Source: Felis catus (lineage: Eukaryota). From it: DNA of 64,000 nt. Each line of letters begins with the position of its first letter. The first letter of the stretch is position 1. The position numbers and the translations under genes are program-made. Positions 26,827 through 39,283 of the stretch are shown one piece after another. The stretch lies in contig NC_058368.1 of the NCBI RefSeq assembly GCF_018350175.1, forward strand, positions 19,842,001 through 19,906,000, given 5' to 3'. The notes beneath the pieces were generated by a model that searched no databases, was not told the origin of the DNA, and saw only the letters and a list, made by a program, of their open reading frames with translations.

Positions 26827-28756
26827 AAAGATCAGAACAAAAAACAAAATAAGAGATTAGAAAACCAAAGAGAGAATCAGTGAAACTAAAAGATAATTCT
26901 TTGAAAAGATCACCAAAATTAAGAACTAATCACAAAAAACAAAGAATGTAAATAATTAAAATCAGAAATAAAAGTGGGAATGTTACTACCTAAAAGAAAT
27001 GAAAGAGATTATAAGAGAATATTATGAACAACTGCAGGCCAGTAAATTTGATAATCAAGATTAAATGGAAAAAAATCCCCAGAAACACACAATCTACCAA
27101 AACTAACCCAAAAGAAATAATCTCAAGAGATTGAATCGGCAATCAAAAATAATAGTGCAGGACCAGATGGTTTCACTGAATTCAACCAAACATTTAAAGA
27201 ATGAACAAAAATCCTATTCAATCTTCCAAAAAATAAAGAGGAAGGACTACTCACTTCCTAACATTTTATAAGGCCAGCATTATCTGATACCAAAGTCAAA
27301 GATACCACAAGAAAATAACAGTCTCACATCCCTCATGAATATAGATGAAAAAAGTCTAGCAAAACAAATCCAACAGCACATCAAAAGGATTGTACATCAT
27401 CACCAAATGGAATCTGTCAGAAGAATGCAAGGGCAGCTCAACATAAGAATGTCAATCAACGTAATGCAGCACATTAACAGAATGAAGGGGGGGGAAACCA
27501 CAGATGATTATCTCAACAAACACAGAAAAGCACATGATGAAATCCAACAACCTCTCATGGTAAATAACACACTCAGCAAACAAGGAATAAAAAGAAATTT
27601 TCTTAATCCAATAAAAGGTACTCTTTAAAAATTCACAGCTAACATCATATTCAATGGTAAAGACTGAAAACTTTCTCCCTAAAATCAAGTACAAGACAAG
27701 AACGACCGCTTTCACCATTGCTATCATACATTACTGGAAACCCTGGCTAAAGTAATTAGGCAAATAGAAGAAATACAAGGCATCCAAATTGGAAAGGAAG
27801 AAGTAAAACTATCTGTATTTGTAAATGATATGATTCTGCCTACAGAAAATCCCAATAAATCCACAAAAGCACTACTAAAGCTAATAAACAAGTTCAGCAA
27901 AATTGCCAGGTACAAGATCAACACACAAAAATCAGTTGTGTTTCTATACCAGCAACAAGCAATGTGAAAACAAAATTAAGAAAACAATCCATTTTTAATA
28001 GCACCCAAAAGAATAAAACCCCTAGGAATATATTTAACCAAGGAGGTGAAAGACTTGCACAGTGACAACTACAAACATTGCTGAAAGAAATTAAAGAAGA
28101 TACAGATAAATGGGAAGACATCCCATGTTCATCGACTGGAAGATTGGATATTTATGACAATACTCCCAAAAGCAATCTACAGACTTAAGGCAATAGTCTC
28201 TTCAATAAATGGTGCAAGGGCAACTAGACAACCACATTCAGAGAAATGAAGTTGGACCCCAGTTTCACTCCATACACAAAAATTAACTCAGGATGGATTA
28301 ATGACCTAAATATTACAGCTAAAACTAAAACTATTAGAGGAGAACACAAAGTTAAATATTCATGACCTTGCATTCAACAATGGATTCTTGAATTGGACAC
28401 CACACCCAAGCACAAAAAATAAGTAAGTTAGACCTCATAAAAATTCAAAACTTTTGTGCAACGAGGGACATCATCAAGACAGTGGGAGAAAATGTTTGCA
28501 AATCATACAGATGATGGAGGTTTAGTGCCCATACTATGTAAGAAACTCTTTCAACTTAACAATAACAACAACAACATGACAACCCAATTAAAGGGTGGAC
28601 AAAGGACTTTAGTGGATACTTACCCAAAGACAAATAAATGGCCAACAAGCATATGAAAAGATGCTCAACATCACCAGTCAACAGGAAATGCAAATCAAAA
28701 CCATATTAAGATACCATTTGACAGTCACTAGGAAGGCTATTTTACATATATATAAA

Positions 28757-28757
<1 letters not shown>

Positions 28758-28803
<46 letters not shown>
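28758..28803. repeat. (TA)n microsatellite inside the old L1
   Basis: Read directly from the sequence. Confidence 0.95.
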
Positions 28804-28807
<4 letters not shown>

Positions 28808-29022
28808 AAATGTTCTAGAGGCTGTAGTGGAATAGGAACCCTCATCCATTGCTGATAGGAATATAAAATGATGCAGCCACTGTTGAAAATAGTCTGGCAG
28901 TTTCTCAAAAAGTTAAACAGAAACCACATGATCTACTAATTCTCTTAGGTATATACTCCAAAGAATTGAAAACAGGTATGCAAACAGACATATGTTCATG
29001 TATGTTCACAACAGCACAATTC

Positions 29023-29526
29023 TTGCCTTTGCAACAACAAGGATGGATCGAGAGGGTAATGCTAGGGGACGTAAGTCAGCTTGAGAAAGACAGATACCAT
29101 ATGATTTCACTATACGTGGAATTTAAGAAATAAAACACTTGAACAAAGAAAAAAAGAGACAAACAAGAAAAGAGACTCTTAAATACAGAGAACAAGGAGC
29201 ACCGGTTGGCTCAGATGGAAGAGCATATGTATGACTCTGGATCTCGGGGCTGTTGAGTTCAAGCTCCACCCTGGGTGTAGAGATTAGTTAAAAAAAACAA
29301 AATCTTTATTAAAAAAAAACACAAAACAAAAAACAGAACAAACTGGTGGTTGCCAGAAGGGAGGTGGGTGGGGACTGGTTAAATAAAGGTTGAAGGGGAT
29401 TAAGAGTACACTTATGATGAGCACTGAGTAATGTATAACTGTTGAATCACTGCATTATACACCTGAAACTAATACAGCACTCTGTGTTAATTATACTGGA
29501 ATCTAAAAAATAACAATAAATAAAAT
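29023..29526 (+). mobile_element. 5'-truncated carnivore L1 3' end nested in the older L1
   Basis: L1 ORF2 end and 3'UTR (gaaagacagataccatatgatttcac...tacacctgaaactaat) with an A-rich tail. Perfect 13-bp TSD AACAGCACAATTC at 29010-29022 and 29527-29539. Confidence 0.88.
29196..29330 (+). mobile_element. Short, older Can-SINE nested in the inner L1 fragment
   Basis: Diverged tRNA-like head (ggagcaccggttggctcag...gagttcaagctccacc) with an A-rich tail. Confidence 0.8.
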
Positions 29527-29764
29527 AACAGCACAATTCACAACAGCCAATAGGTGCAAACAACTCAAAATGTCTATCAGCAGATGAATGAACAAATTAC
29601 ATACATATACTAGAATATTTTCAGTCAACAAAAGGAATGAAGTACTCATACATGCGAAACTTGCATGAACGTCAAAAACATTATGCTAAGCAAAACACTG
29701 TACGCTTTAAAGTGGTTAACTGTGTGTATGCGAATTTCACGATAAAAATTTAAAAACAATCAAT

Positions 29765-30012
29765 ACAGACTTTGCCTGGAGTTGAGGCAACCACATTCGA
29801 CAGGAGACAAGATTGAGGACGGAAGCAGATGTGCTGAGGACAGCAGGGCTGAAGGTGGAAAGGGTCTGGCCTCATAATACCTCAATAACACCCCTGATCC
29901 ACCAACTCTTTAGACCGACTTTAGACTTGCTTGTGAGATAATTTCCTTTATTTTTACCTTAAGCCACTGTTAGATGGATTTTGTTACCAGGATCTGAATA
30001 CATGCTAACAGA
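29765..30012 (+). mobile_element. Old MaLR (MLT1) LTR 3' fragment
   Basis: Ends ...cttaagccactgttagatggattttgttac...tgctaac, typical of MLT1 3' ends. Confidence 0.5.
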
Positions 30013-33000
30013 CAGAGAAGACGAAGGAAAGAAATGTCTCTCCTTAGGTTTGGGGTTTGTCCCACTACATGATGGTGTGGTCATTCACGGAAATGAGGAA
30101 CAGCGGAGAAGGGCGGGACGTGGGGTGAGAATCATGAGCTCGATTTTGAACATTTGAATCAGAGGTGCCTTTGAGTTAGCCAAGAGCTCCTAGTTAGTGA
30201 AAATGAGAAATTATAATTCAAGCCTATGGTATGAAGTTGTTGCAAAGGTTAAACATAAGGTCTGTGACATGGTGCTTAGCACAGAACAGGCCTTCAGTAA
30301 TTGCCAACAATTATTATTATTGTCATTAATATCACCATTTTTTTAAGTGCGCTAATCCACCACAGCTTGGGAGAGTTCAAGATCCAAAACGGTTCCTGCT
30401 TTGCCAACGTACTGAATATCTGAATCCTTGACGTAAGGGATTTTTCGCTCAATTTACAAAGATATCCTGTAAATTATTTATCCAGTCCTTTATGCCCTGC
30501 TTTAACATGTACTGGGTATCTGCTATGTGCCAGGCATCGTGCAGGAGCTCCAGACAACTTAACATTATCATGACAGTGGTGAATGATAAGGGCTACAAGG
30601 TATTTTATATCCATGCAAGCAATGTAGGAAAGGTATCTCATCCACATGGAGAAACGAGGCAGGCTCAGGAAGGGCTGACTCGGGAGGTGGCCATATCTAT
30701 TACTCCATTTATTTCCTTCACTGCCCTGGCCACAATCTGTTATTTGACTTACCTACTCGTAGATGTGTTTATTATCTGAAAAATAAAAATAAGAAACTAA
30801 GCATGACAATGCGCACTATGATCTTGCTCACCACCATCTATCTACCTGGAGGCTGCCAGAGCGCATCGCACATGGCAAATACGGGATAAATATCCACTGG
30901 ATGAATGAAAACAGGTGAGTCTGAGGCGACAGAGACTGTTGGTTGTCTACACTAGATTCATTCTCCTCTTCTTCCTTAGAAGCTCCCCTAGTGACCCGAT
31001 GGGCAGAGCACAAAGGCCAAAATGGAAGGCAACAGACCTCAAGCTAGACAAGATGCTTGGCAGAGGTTATTTGCCACGGATACTACTATAAGCGAACAAA
31101 AAAGTCTACTGGGCTTTTCAGGGGACCGTTTTGCCCGCAACACTCCAAATGTGGCCTCCCAACAATCCCACAAGGTAGGTATGGTTATGAATCTCATGTC
31201 ACAGAGGAGGGCTCTGAAGCACAGAGAGCCCCCAGGTTATACAGAGCCACAATCTGAACCCACACAGTCTAACCTCAGAGGTTGCTCTCTCTCAACCACT
31301 GCACCGGTGGCAAACCTGTTCCCAATACGGGAGGGGCAGGAAGGCAGAAAAACAGCAAGTTTCATTTTCAACAAACTGAATTTAAAATAACTGGAGATGA
31401 GAATAGCAATAAAATAAATAAAGTAACTATAGATGCGGAGCAGTTCCTTATGTGAGGATTAGAGCTGAAGGTAGCACCGAAGCCATGCACACACAGGTTG
31501 TAACACTACCGTGATGTTAGTGCAATCGATGCTCCTAGTTTTCCAGGTGCATAAATTATAAGGTTATGTAGATATGTATGTACGTATGTGTCCACAGATA
31601 AATGTTTAAGTAACAGTGATTCTAAAAATCCGGTTAAAAAAAAAAAAAAAGGTACACATCAATACAGCTAATACAGGTTTGTTTAAAGATTTTTAAAGCA
31701 GCTGTGTAGGTCAAAAGGGTGGCAGGCTAAAATTAGTTTTGACTCTAATTATAGAGACAAGCATTTTCACATAAACAACAGCCCCCCCCACCAAGCCCTT
31801 TGCGTATACATTTAATCCTTACGATAGCTCTATGAAACAGAAATCATCCTTTAGAGATGAGAGGGCCCACAGAATTTAAGTTTGCCTGAACCAATAACCT
31901 GCAGTTATTTTAAATTCTGTGCTCTCTTCTCTAAACATACTGCCTTCCTTACACCAACATGTATTAAGGGCAATTGAGAACCCTTAGAGTCAAAAATAAA
32001 ATTCTATAAAAATATTTGTTCCCTTATCTGTAGAGACATAATAATAGTTAAAAAAATAAAAAAGACACTACATCCTAGACATCCTAGAGGTCAAAAGTAA
32101 CAGTGGCATAGCCAGGACTTTCCTAGAGAAATGTAAGTTGCACTATACAAAGCCTGCAAGAACTAATGTTTTGCAAATTATATTTTAAAAGCAACACAAA
32201 AAGCTTTTAATAGTAAGTATAAAACTTTTTCCTTGGAAAAAATTTCAAGAAAAAAAAAAAACAGCTGTGATTAAGAGTCATGGTTAAGCCAGTAGAGGTC
32301 AGTGTATTGGAGAAAATGGATGCCCCTGCTGGAAGGCAGGGAAACGGAATTCACCCCCCACACAAAGTCCTGGCCTCCCGGGAACCCAACAGAGCCACAC
32401 ACTTTGCACTGTCCTCCTCACTGGGTCCTGTAGTCTTCTCTCCCCCGAGCTCTCAACAAAGGCAGAAACAGACACCAAGACAGTTGGGAGAGAGAATCAA
32501 TTCTCATTTCAAAAATAATAAGACAAGATCTCTCCAGTGGGCCTCCGTCAGTTTAGCAGCTGGGCTATTTTGAAAACAGCATAATCTTATTCTACATTGG
32601 ACACAGCTGACCACATTTCAACAGGTAAAAGTCACTTTTAAATATTAGTCTTAAATATTATTTATTCCTTAAACCTAAAAAGGTGTTTTTTTTTCCTTTT
32701 CATTTTTAAGGTGAAAACAGAGGGTAGGCAAATTGTAGTATTTCTCAAACTGCACCACGATCAGTGCACCAGCTTGCTCCTTGACTGAGCTCTAAACACA
32801 ATCAGAGAAGGAATCGCATTTTCTCATACTTGGCACCTGCCCAGGGCAAGCTCCACTGCCGGGCCCCAAAGTGGTGCTCGTCGTTTGTAACACAGCAAGA
32901 GGATCAGTCAAAAGTTCCTCTCTACAGCCACCCACCCCCGACCGGTCCACTGTCAGGAAGTTCTCTGATCGCATCTGCAGAGACCTTGCGCAGAAGGCAG

Positions 33001-33417
33001 CAAAGAGGCTGAGCTCACGCTGAGAAATCTGTACACAGTGCTGGGTGGGATGATGAGGAGGGAACTGCAAATCCTTCATTTTACAGGGCCAGTGTCTAGC
33101 ATTACCCTAAAGAAATGAGACATGCAAGGGCCTTCCGACCCTACCTCCCAACCCACTCCAACTCCCTCCAAAGAACTGAACCCAGTGCCCGCCTCCACTC
33201 CCACCTTAACTAGGACAGGTGTGACCTCCTCACAGGCAGCCCTCCCCTGAGTAGCCAATGTGACCACACAGAGGGATCGAACTTTCAAACAAGCAAGGAA
33301 GTCAAATGCTCCCTTTATGAGATTCCTGAATTTCAGTTTGTACTTGACTTCCTTATTTCAAACTGTGCTGATACACACAAGCTGGCAATAGAGTGTAGTG
33401 ATACACAGGTGCTGAAC

Positions 33418-33418
33418 T

Positions 33419-33449
<31 letters not shown>

Positions 33450-33452
33450 CGC
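33418..33452. repeat. (TG)n(CG)n compound microsatellite
   Basis: Read directly from the sequence. Confidence 0.95.
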
Positions 33453-33673
33453 ACGTAAGTAGCCGAGCACCACACCAGTTCCACTCCCACCCCCATCCTA
33501 TCCAGGAAAAATATACCCTTTGTTCTAAATTCTAGTGGTCTTTATGAGTCCACTTATACTGATGGAGACAATGAACTGCGGGGACTGGAACAAGTTGGAC
33601 TTCCCAAAACGAGTAAAATCTAGAAGTTAGGAATTCTGCCCCACTGCCTCACAAGTGCGTTTATATACATATG

Positions 33674-33698
33674 CGTGTGTGTGTGTGTGTGTGTGTGT
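33674..33698. repeat. (GT)n microsatellite
   Basis: Read directly from the sequence. Confidence 0.95.
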
Positions 33699-33719
33699 AT
33701 TTGATCATTGACTTGTTGA

Positions 33720-34680
33720 TCACTGATTCATTCACAGACATTTATTAAACACCTACTAAGCACTAGCACATGAACCGCACTGGAACCACAAGACAAACAA
33801 GCGCCACCTCTGTTCTCAAAACTCACCCCCCGCTGCAGACGACAGGTAGCAGGACATGACCACTTGGCAAGGTAGGAGAGGCCGATGCTATTAAAGAAAC
33901 ATGTGCAGTGGGGGATGCATCTAACTCGGAAATGGAGCCTGGGTTAGGAGATGTTAGAGAAGGCCTCCCAGAGATGACGGTGTCCGAAATGCAGGATGAG
34001 GAAGCATTCACCAGAGGAAAGGGGAGAGGGAGCAGGGGCATGTTCCTCATAGCGGCAGCAGCATGTGGAGGCAGGAGCAGGCAGGGAGGGGCAAGGTGGC
34101 AGTGACGAGAACCAAGCTGGACCAAGGAGCAGGCAGGAGGCCACACAGGGCTTTGCGGGCCACGCTGAGGAGTCTGGGATTTACTGTGAGGACAACGGGA
34201 GCCGCTGGAGGCCAAACAGCCAGCCACAAAATCACAATTTTTCGTTTGGGAAAACCTGGAAGAAGCCTGCTTACCCTGAAGTAACCAGTTTGGTTAACCA
34301 GTAAACCAGGCAAAAAAGGACGCGGCTCTAGACAAGAGAAGAAGGCAGACTTGAGAGCATCTAGGAAGTGGAAGCATCCGGGTTCCGGGGCTGACTGGGT
34401 GTGGCGTGCTGCATGAATGGGTGGTTCCTCAGTAAGTGATTTTTTTGTAGAAGGCAATGCTGACTTCATCTTGAACTTGCTGGGTGGGTGTGGAGACGCT
34501 CCCGTTAGGACTGTCAAGGAGTGAACTGCCTGCCTATGTGGAGTCCAGGGGTGAGATCTGAGCTGAGGATCGGGATGTGGGAGTCACCAACAATAAGCAG
34601 TAGCTAAGTCCCTGGTGAATAAGAAGAAAATAGGGCCAAAGACAAACCCTGGAATAACACCAACAGTTTAGAGGTGCAGC
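33720..34680 (-). mobile_element. Decayed L2 LINE
   Basis: ttcattcacagacatttattaaacacctacta 3' end, then purine-rich L2-like body. Confidence 0.65.
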
Positions 34681-36142
34681 ACTCAGGAAATCCGCAAAGA
34701 CCTCTCAGCGTGGGCCACCACGGCTGTGTAGCAAAGGCCTTCACCTCTCAGACACAGAACATGTCCTAATTTTGGGTCCAGAAAATAAGGTCATTGTAAA
34801 CATACCTAAGAACTGAACCAAATTCACAGTGAAAACGTGCCCATAATAAAAAAACTATCTATATAGGTCACTTTTCTGAGAGAAGAGGGAAGATTGGGGG
34901 TGGTGACAAACAGTATACCACAGGTTGCTAAGCTACTGAATAAAATAAGACGAGGCGTCTACCCGTGTTGAAATTCAGGCTTTTAAAAATGTGCCCTAGA
35001 ATGATGCAACCTTCATTAGTTACCATAGCAATGAGCTTCATTTCCCAGGGGACAATTGTTATTTTTGCCACCACTGAAGTAACTTGGGGGGGGGGGGGGG
35101 GAGTAGTGATGCCGACACCGACTGTGTTTTGAGGACCCTGAATTTTCAGGGAATACTCTTCTAATAGATCACAAAGCGTAACCTCAATACAAACAGAAGG
35201 CAGCCCCTAGCAATGGGCAAACTAATAGAAAAACTTGAAGCAAGGGAATGTCACTCAATAACTTTTTGTTGTTTTTACAGCAACTTGTTTCAAGGGGGTA
35301 AAAAAAATGCCTCTAATGCAAATAATGTTGCAGAAATTCTTGGGAAACACACCTAAAAGATTTTTTTAAAAACCATTTCACTATGATTATTTATAATAAA
35401 AACAAGCTATCAGCTTCTCATGATATGCATTCAGATCACATGTAGTGAATAAACCCAATCTTCTACAAATCACTGTGTATCTCTGTATTGAGGATTTCTC
35501 CACAGCTAGACAGACTGCTGTGTGGAGTGAATTCAGGCACCTAGGGGTTTAAGACAGAGGGGCTCAAGCTGGGTGCTGTCCAGCATCTGGACCACCCCAC
35601 CAAGCAACTCAGGGCCAAGCTTAACCATCCACTACATCAGACCTAAACAACTTTGCTGAATCACAGACACCTGGAGTTTTGTTTTGTTTTTTTCTCATAG
35701 CTGTAGGAACCTAGCAATCTAAGGCTGGAGAATAGGTGTGGCTGTTTTATATTTCAAAACCTGGAGCTTCTAATGGCATTCCTGCTTTAAAATACTAACA
35801 GCCATTCTGGTCATTAGCAGTCATGTGCTTCAGCGAGGTATGCTTATTAGAGCCATCACCAGACAGTACTTTAACCAGCTGGGTCCTTTCTCTCAAACCA
35901 AAGGTCATGGAAGCCTTCACAATTTAGAATCTTAAACATCACAATTAAGTAGCAGCCATCTTCATTGTTTTTTAAAATCTATAAAATGAAGTCTCAAAAT
36001 GAGGTTAAATAGCCCCCTATGGCTGGTGAGAAATTATAAACATATACAAAATACATGGAATTACAGTCTTTATCAATCAATACTAAGGGTCTTAAGAGAA
36101 AGAAACTCCCACAAGGCCTCGATTCTGAGTCATTTCATTACT

Positions 36143-36354
36143 TTTTTTTAAGTTTATTTATTTATTTTGAGAGAGTGAGCAGGGGCGGGGGAGGGGGGCA
36201 GAGAGACAGAGGGAGAGAGAGAGAGAATCCCAAGCAGGCTCTGGGCTATCAGTGCAGAGCCCAATGCAGGGCTCAAACTCATGAATAATGAAACCATGAC
36301 CTGAGCGGAGATCAAGAGTCGGACACTTAACCGACGGAGCCACCCAGGTACCCC
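36143..36354 (-). mobile_element. Can-SINE
   Basis: Full body with an imperfect TSD, ctgagtcatttcattact / ctgagctatttcattact. Confidence 0.93.
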
Positions 36355-37419
36355 CTGAGCTATTTCATTACTAATAAGCACTACGCTGGGTCTGCAATTC
36401 GTTTCTGTGCATTCTAGCCTTGCTTTGTATATTTTGTTTTCTTAGTTAAACTCTTAGGGGCTAATGTTTAAGCACAGCTTGCTGTCTTTGCATAGCTGTG
36501 GGCTTCAGAATTCCCAGACTCCCTCCCTCTCACCTCTCACCTCTCACCGCTGTTACCTGCATATCTGCTCTCTCATATTAGCACACCTCCCCTGCAAAGC
36601 CTTCCAGGCTCCTGGGTGGAATGAAGCTCCAGAATCACATCGCATCTCGCCAACGTCAGAACAGTCACATGGCCTGTCAATGCTAGTTAGCAAGTCCATA
36701 TCTCCCCATCAGGTGAGTTCCTTGAGAACTTCAAAAAATTTTTATTTTTGAATATTTTTACCTTTGACTTTTTATTACCTATAATGCTTTTATTTTGAAT
36801 AGTACTTAGCACAGGGAAGATGCATGGAAAAGGTCATATGAATACACAAAAGGAAGGAAAAAGAACAGGAAATAGTAGAGAAAAAAAAAGATGAACACAC
36901 TCCCAGTGCAATGGTGAAGAGTAACCCATAGGGCAGCGCTAGAAAGGCACCAGATCAGAGAGGCTGGATGGGTTCCTGCACATTAGCATCGGCAATGCCA
37001 TCTGTTCCTCAGCCAGAGTCCCTCACAGGCAAAAGAAACATGAGTACAAGCCTTGAACTGTCAGTCTGAGCAATTCAACACTGCAAGAGTGTTCATCAAA
37101 TATCACCCACTAGGAGAAACACGGATGGAATCACTAAAGGAACGATGTAGATTTAAATATTGTTCTTGCCTCTATACACAGCAGGAGGGCGTGGTCTGTG
37201 TCCTCCTACTCGCCACTATGTTCCTACAGCCTGTCCAGGGGCAGGCACGTGATAAATGCTCAACAAGGACTTAATGAAATAGTAAACTGAAAGAGCAGTG
37301 ATTCAGAGGATGCCCCTGGCTGCCACTGCTCTGAATCTGTAGACAGATGAACCGCTCTCTTCCAGGGTAGCCACATGCAGCAAAATGGCCAAGAATTTTA
37401 CACCTTAAAAAACAAAGCA

Positions 37420-37597
37420 GAGCTGGCAGGAGAGGGCAAATGGGGAGTGACTGTTCAATGGGTATGAGCTTTCCATAGGGAAATGGATTGTAGGGAAGGT
37501 GGCACAACATTGTGAATGTACTTAATGTCAATGGACTGTACTCTTAAAAATAGGTAAGACGGTAAATTTTGTTATGTCAATTTTACCACAATTAAAT
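37420..37597 (+). mobile_element. Old L1 3'-end fragment
   Basis: ggggagtgactgttcaatgggta...cacaacattgtgaatgtacttaatg...ttttaccacaatt. Confidence 0.8.
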
Positions 37598-39081
37598 TTT
37601 TTTTTAATTTTTAAAAAAGAAACACAGCCATCTCTCTAAAAGTATACCCTTCATAGAGCTGCAAAAGATGTACCAGTTAGAAGACAGCTGTGGATAGCCT
37701 GGCCCTGGAGGGTCAGTAAAGGGCATCCTAGGCTGAGAATCCAAGGAATTCACTTGCCCACTCCAACAGGGTAGGGCAGCAGGTTTCCAACCAGAATTCA
37801 AATCCAACTTGGACTCAGGGTTTGGAGGAATTAGACTTGGTATCCTACGAAAAAAAGGAACACAGGACAGTTTCTGAGCCGTGGGGATGTGGGTAAGTTT
37901 ACATAACGAAAGGGGATGTTTTCAAAAGATTACTTCGGCAGTAGCAAGCAACTTGGATTAGACAAGATCGAGATTAAAACCTATGAGACCAGTTGAGAGC
38001 CTGCTGTAGGGATCAACATGTTAGAACAGAGTGGCTGCAGGGCAGTAAAGAGGAAGAACCAAATCCTAGATACGTTTCTAAGAAGGAATCACAGGGCAGA
38101 TAAAGAACCAAAGGTAGCTACATTTCCAGTCAAGGAAGCCACGCTGATGACGAAGGAAGATTGTGACAGAGCTCCTACACATATTTGAAAAACAAGTAAA
38201 GACCTCACAAAGTCAACTAATTTTTCCAGAAAGAGAAGCTGGAAAATCCCATTGATGTTTAGTAGTGTGACAGAATAGATATTGAAAGACCTTCTGGATT
38301 AAAACAATCAAATGCTGGCTTAAATTGAGTAGAATCTAGTTTTTTCTTTATTGTTGTTATTTTAAAACCTATTTGAAAGTGAAGGATCTGAAGATCCCCA
38401 AAACTCGAATAAGGGAGTTTTCAGCAATTTTTTAACTCTTAAGTTTTTAACCTTAAGAGTTTCAATTGGACCCTATAGATCTTAAGTATCCATTTTAATA
38501 CCACACTGGGCATGGGCTATAAAGGAAAAGGTCTAAAACCTAACCAACATGGGGAATCTAATAAGAAACTTTATTTAAGCCAGGATTTCAAAGACCACTT
38601 CCTTGGTACAAGAGTTTATAAGAAACAAATTTCCCCCACGCAGAAATGGGACAGTAAGGAAACTGTCCAGGTAAAAATAAACAAATCGATCAATGTATCA
38701 CAAACTGGCCCTCAGGAAAGATATTTATTCTACTTGCATGATCTGAGAAGCCTCTAATGGAGAATTTAATTTTAAGTGGTCCTAGATTTATGATGTCCTT
38801 GGGCAACCATAGAAGCAAAAGCAAACCCAATCTTATCTCAACTTCAGGGAGACCTTAAAAATTTTCTAAAAAGTTCTATGGAAAATGAGTGGATCCAATT
38901 TTTAGAAATAACAAAGCCCACCAGGAAACTAGGTATCAGAGAGAGAGAACCAGCAAAAATTAAAGAGCAAAAAGAGACCACCAACAAAGACTTGATACTA
39001 AAATCATCAGAAATAGAATATAAAATAACTACATTTAATGTGTTTCAAGAATAAAAGAGAAGGTGGAAAATGAACAGACAT

Positions 39082-39283
39082 GGGGGTGCCTGTGTGGCTC
39101 AATGGGTTAAGCGTCCGACTTCGGCTCAGGTCATGATCTCACAGCTCGTGAGTTTGAGCCCCATGTTGGGCTCTGTGCTGACAGCTCAAAGCCTGGAGCC
39201 TGCTTCAGATTCTGTGTCTCCGTTTCTCTCTGCCCCTCCTGTGCTCATGCTCCACGTGTGCCTCTCAAGGATAAATAATTTTT
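39082..39283 (+). mobile_element. Can-SINE whose tail is split by the young L1 (tail remainder at ~42115-42148)
   Basis: SINE body 39082-39270. Outer TSD AAAATGAACAGA at 39067-39078 and 42149-42160. Confidence 0.9.

Larger units (their letters stand above)
23140..29760 (+). mobile_element. Old, decayed near-full-length LINE-1 (5'UTR, ORF1, ORF2, 3' end) with several nested insertions
   Basis: Has an L1-like 5' start near 23143, ORF1-like fragments (LKEKNCKPRILYLAKLFFK), ORF2-like fragments (QIQQHIKRIVHH; WEKMFANH) with many stops and frameshifts, and an L1M-type 3' end to ~29760. Confidence 0.9.
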
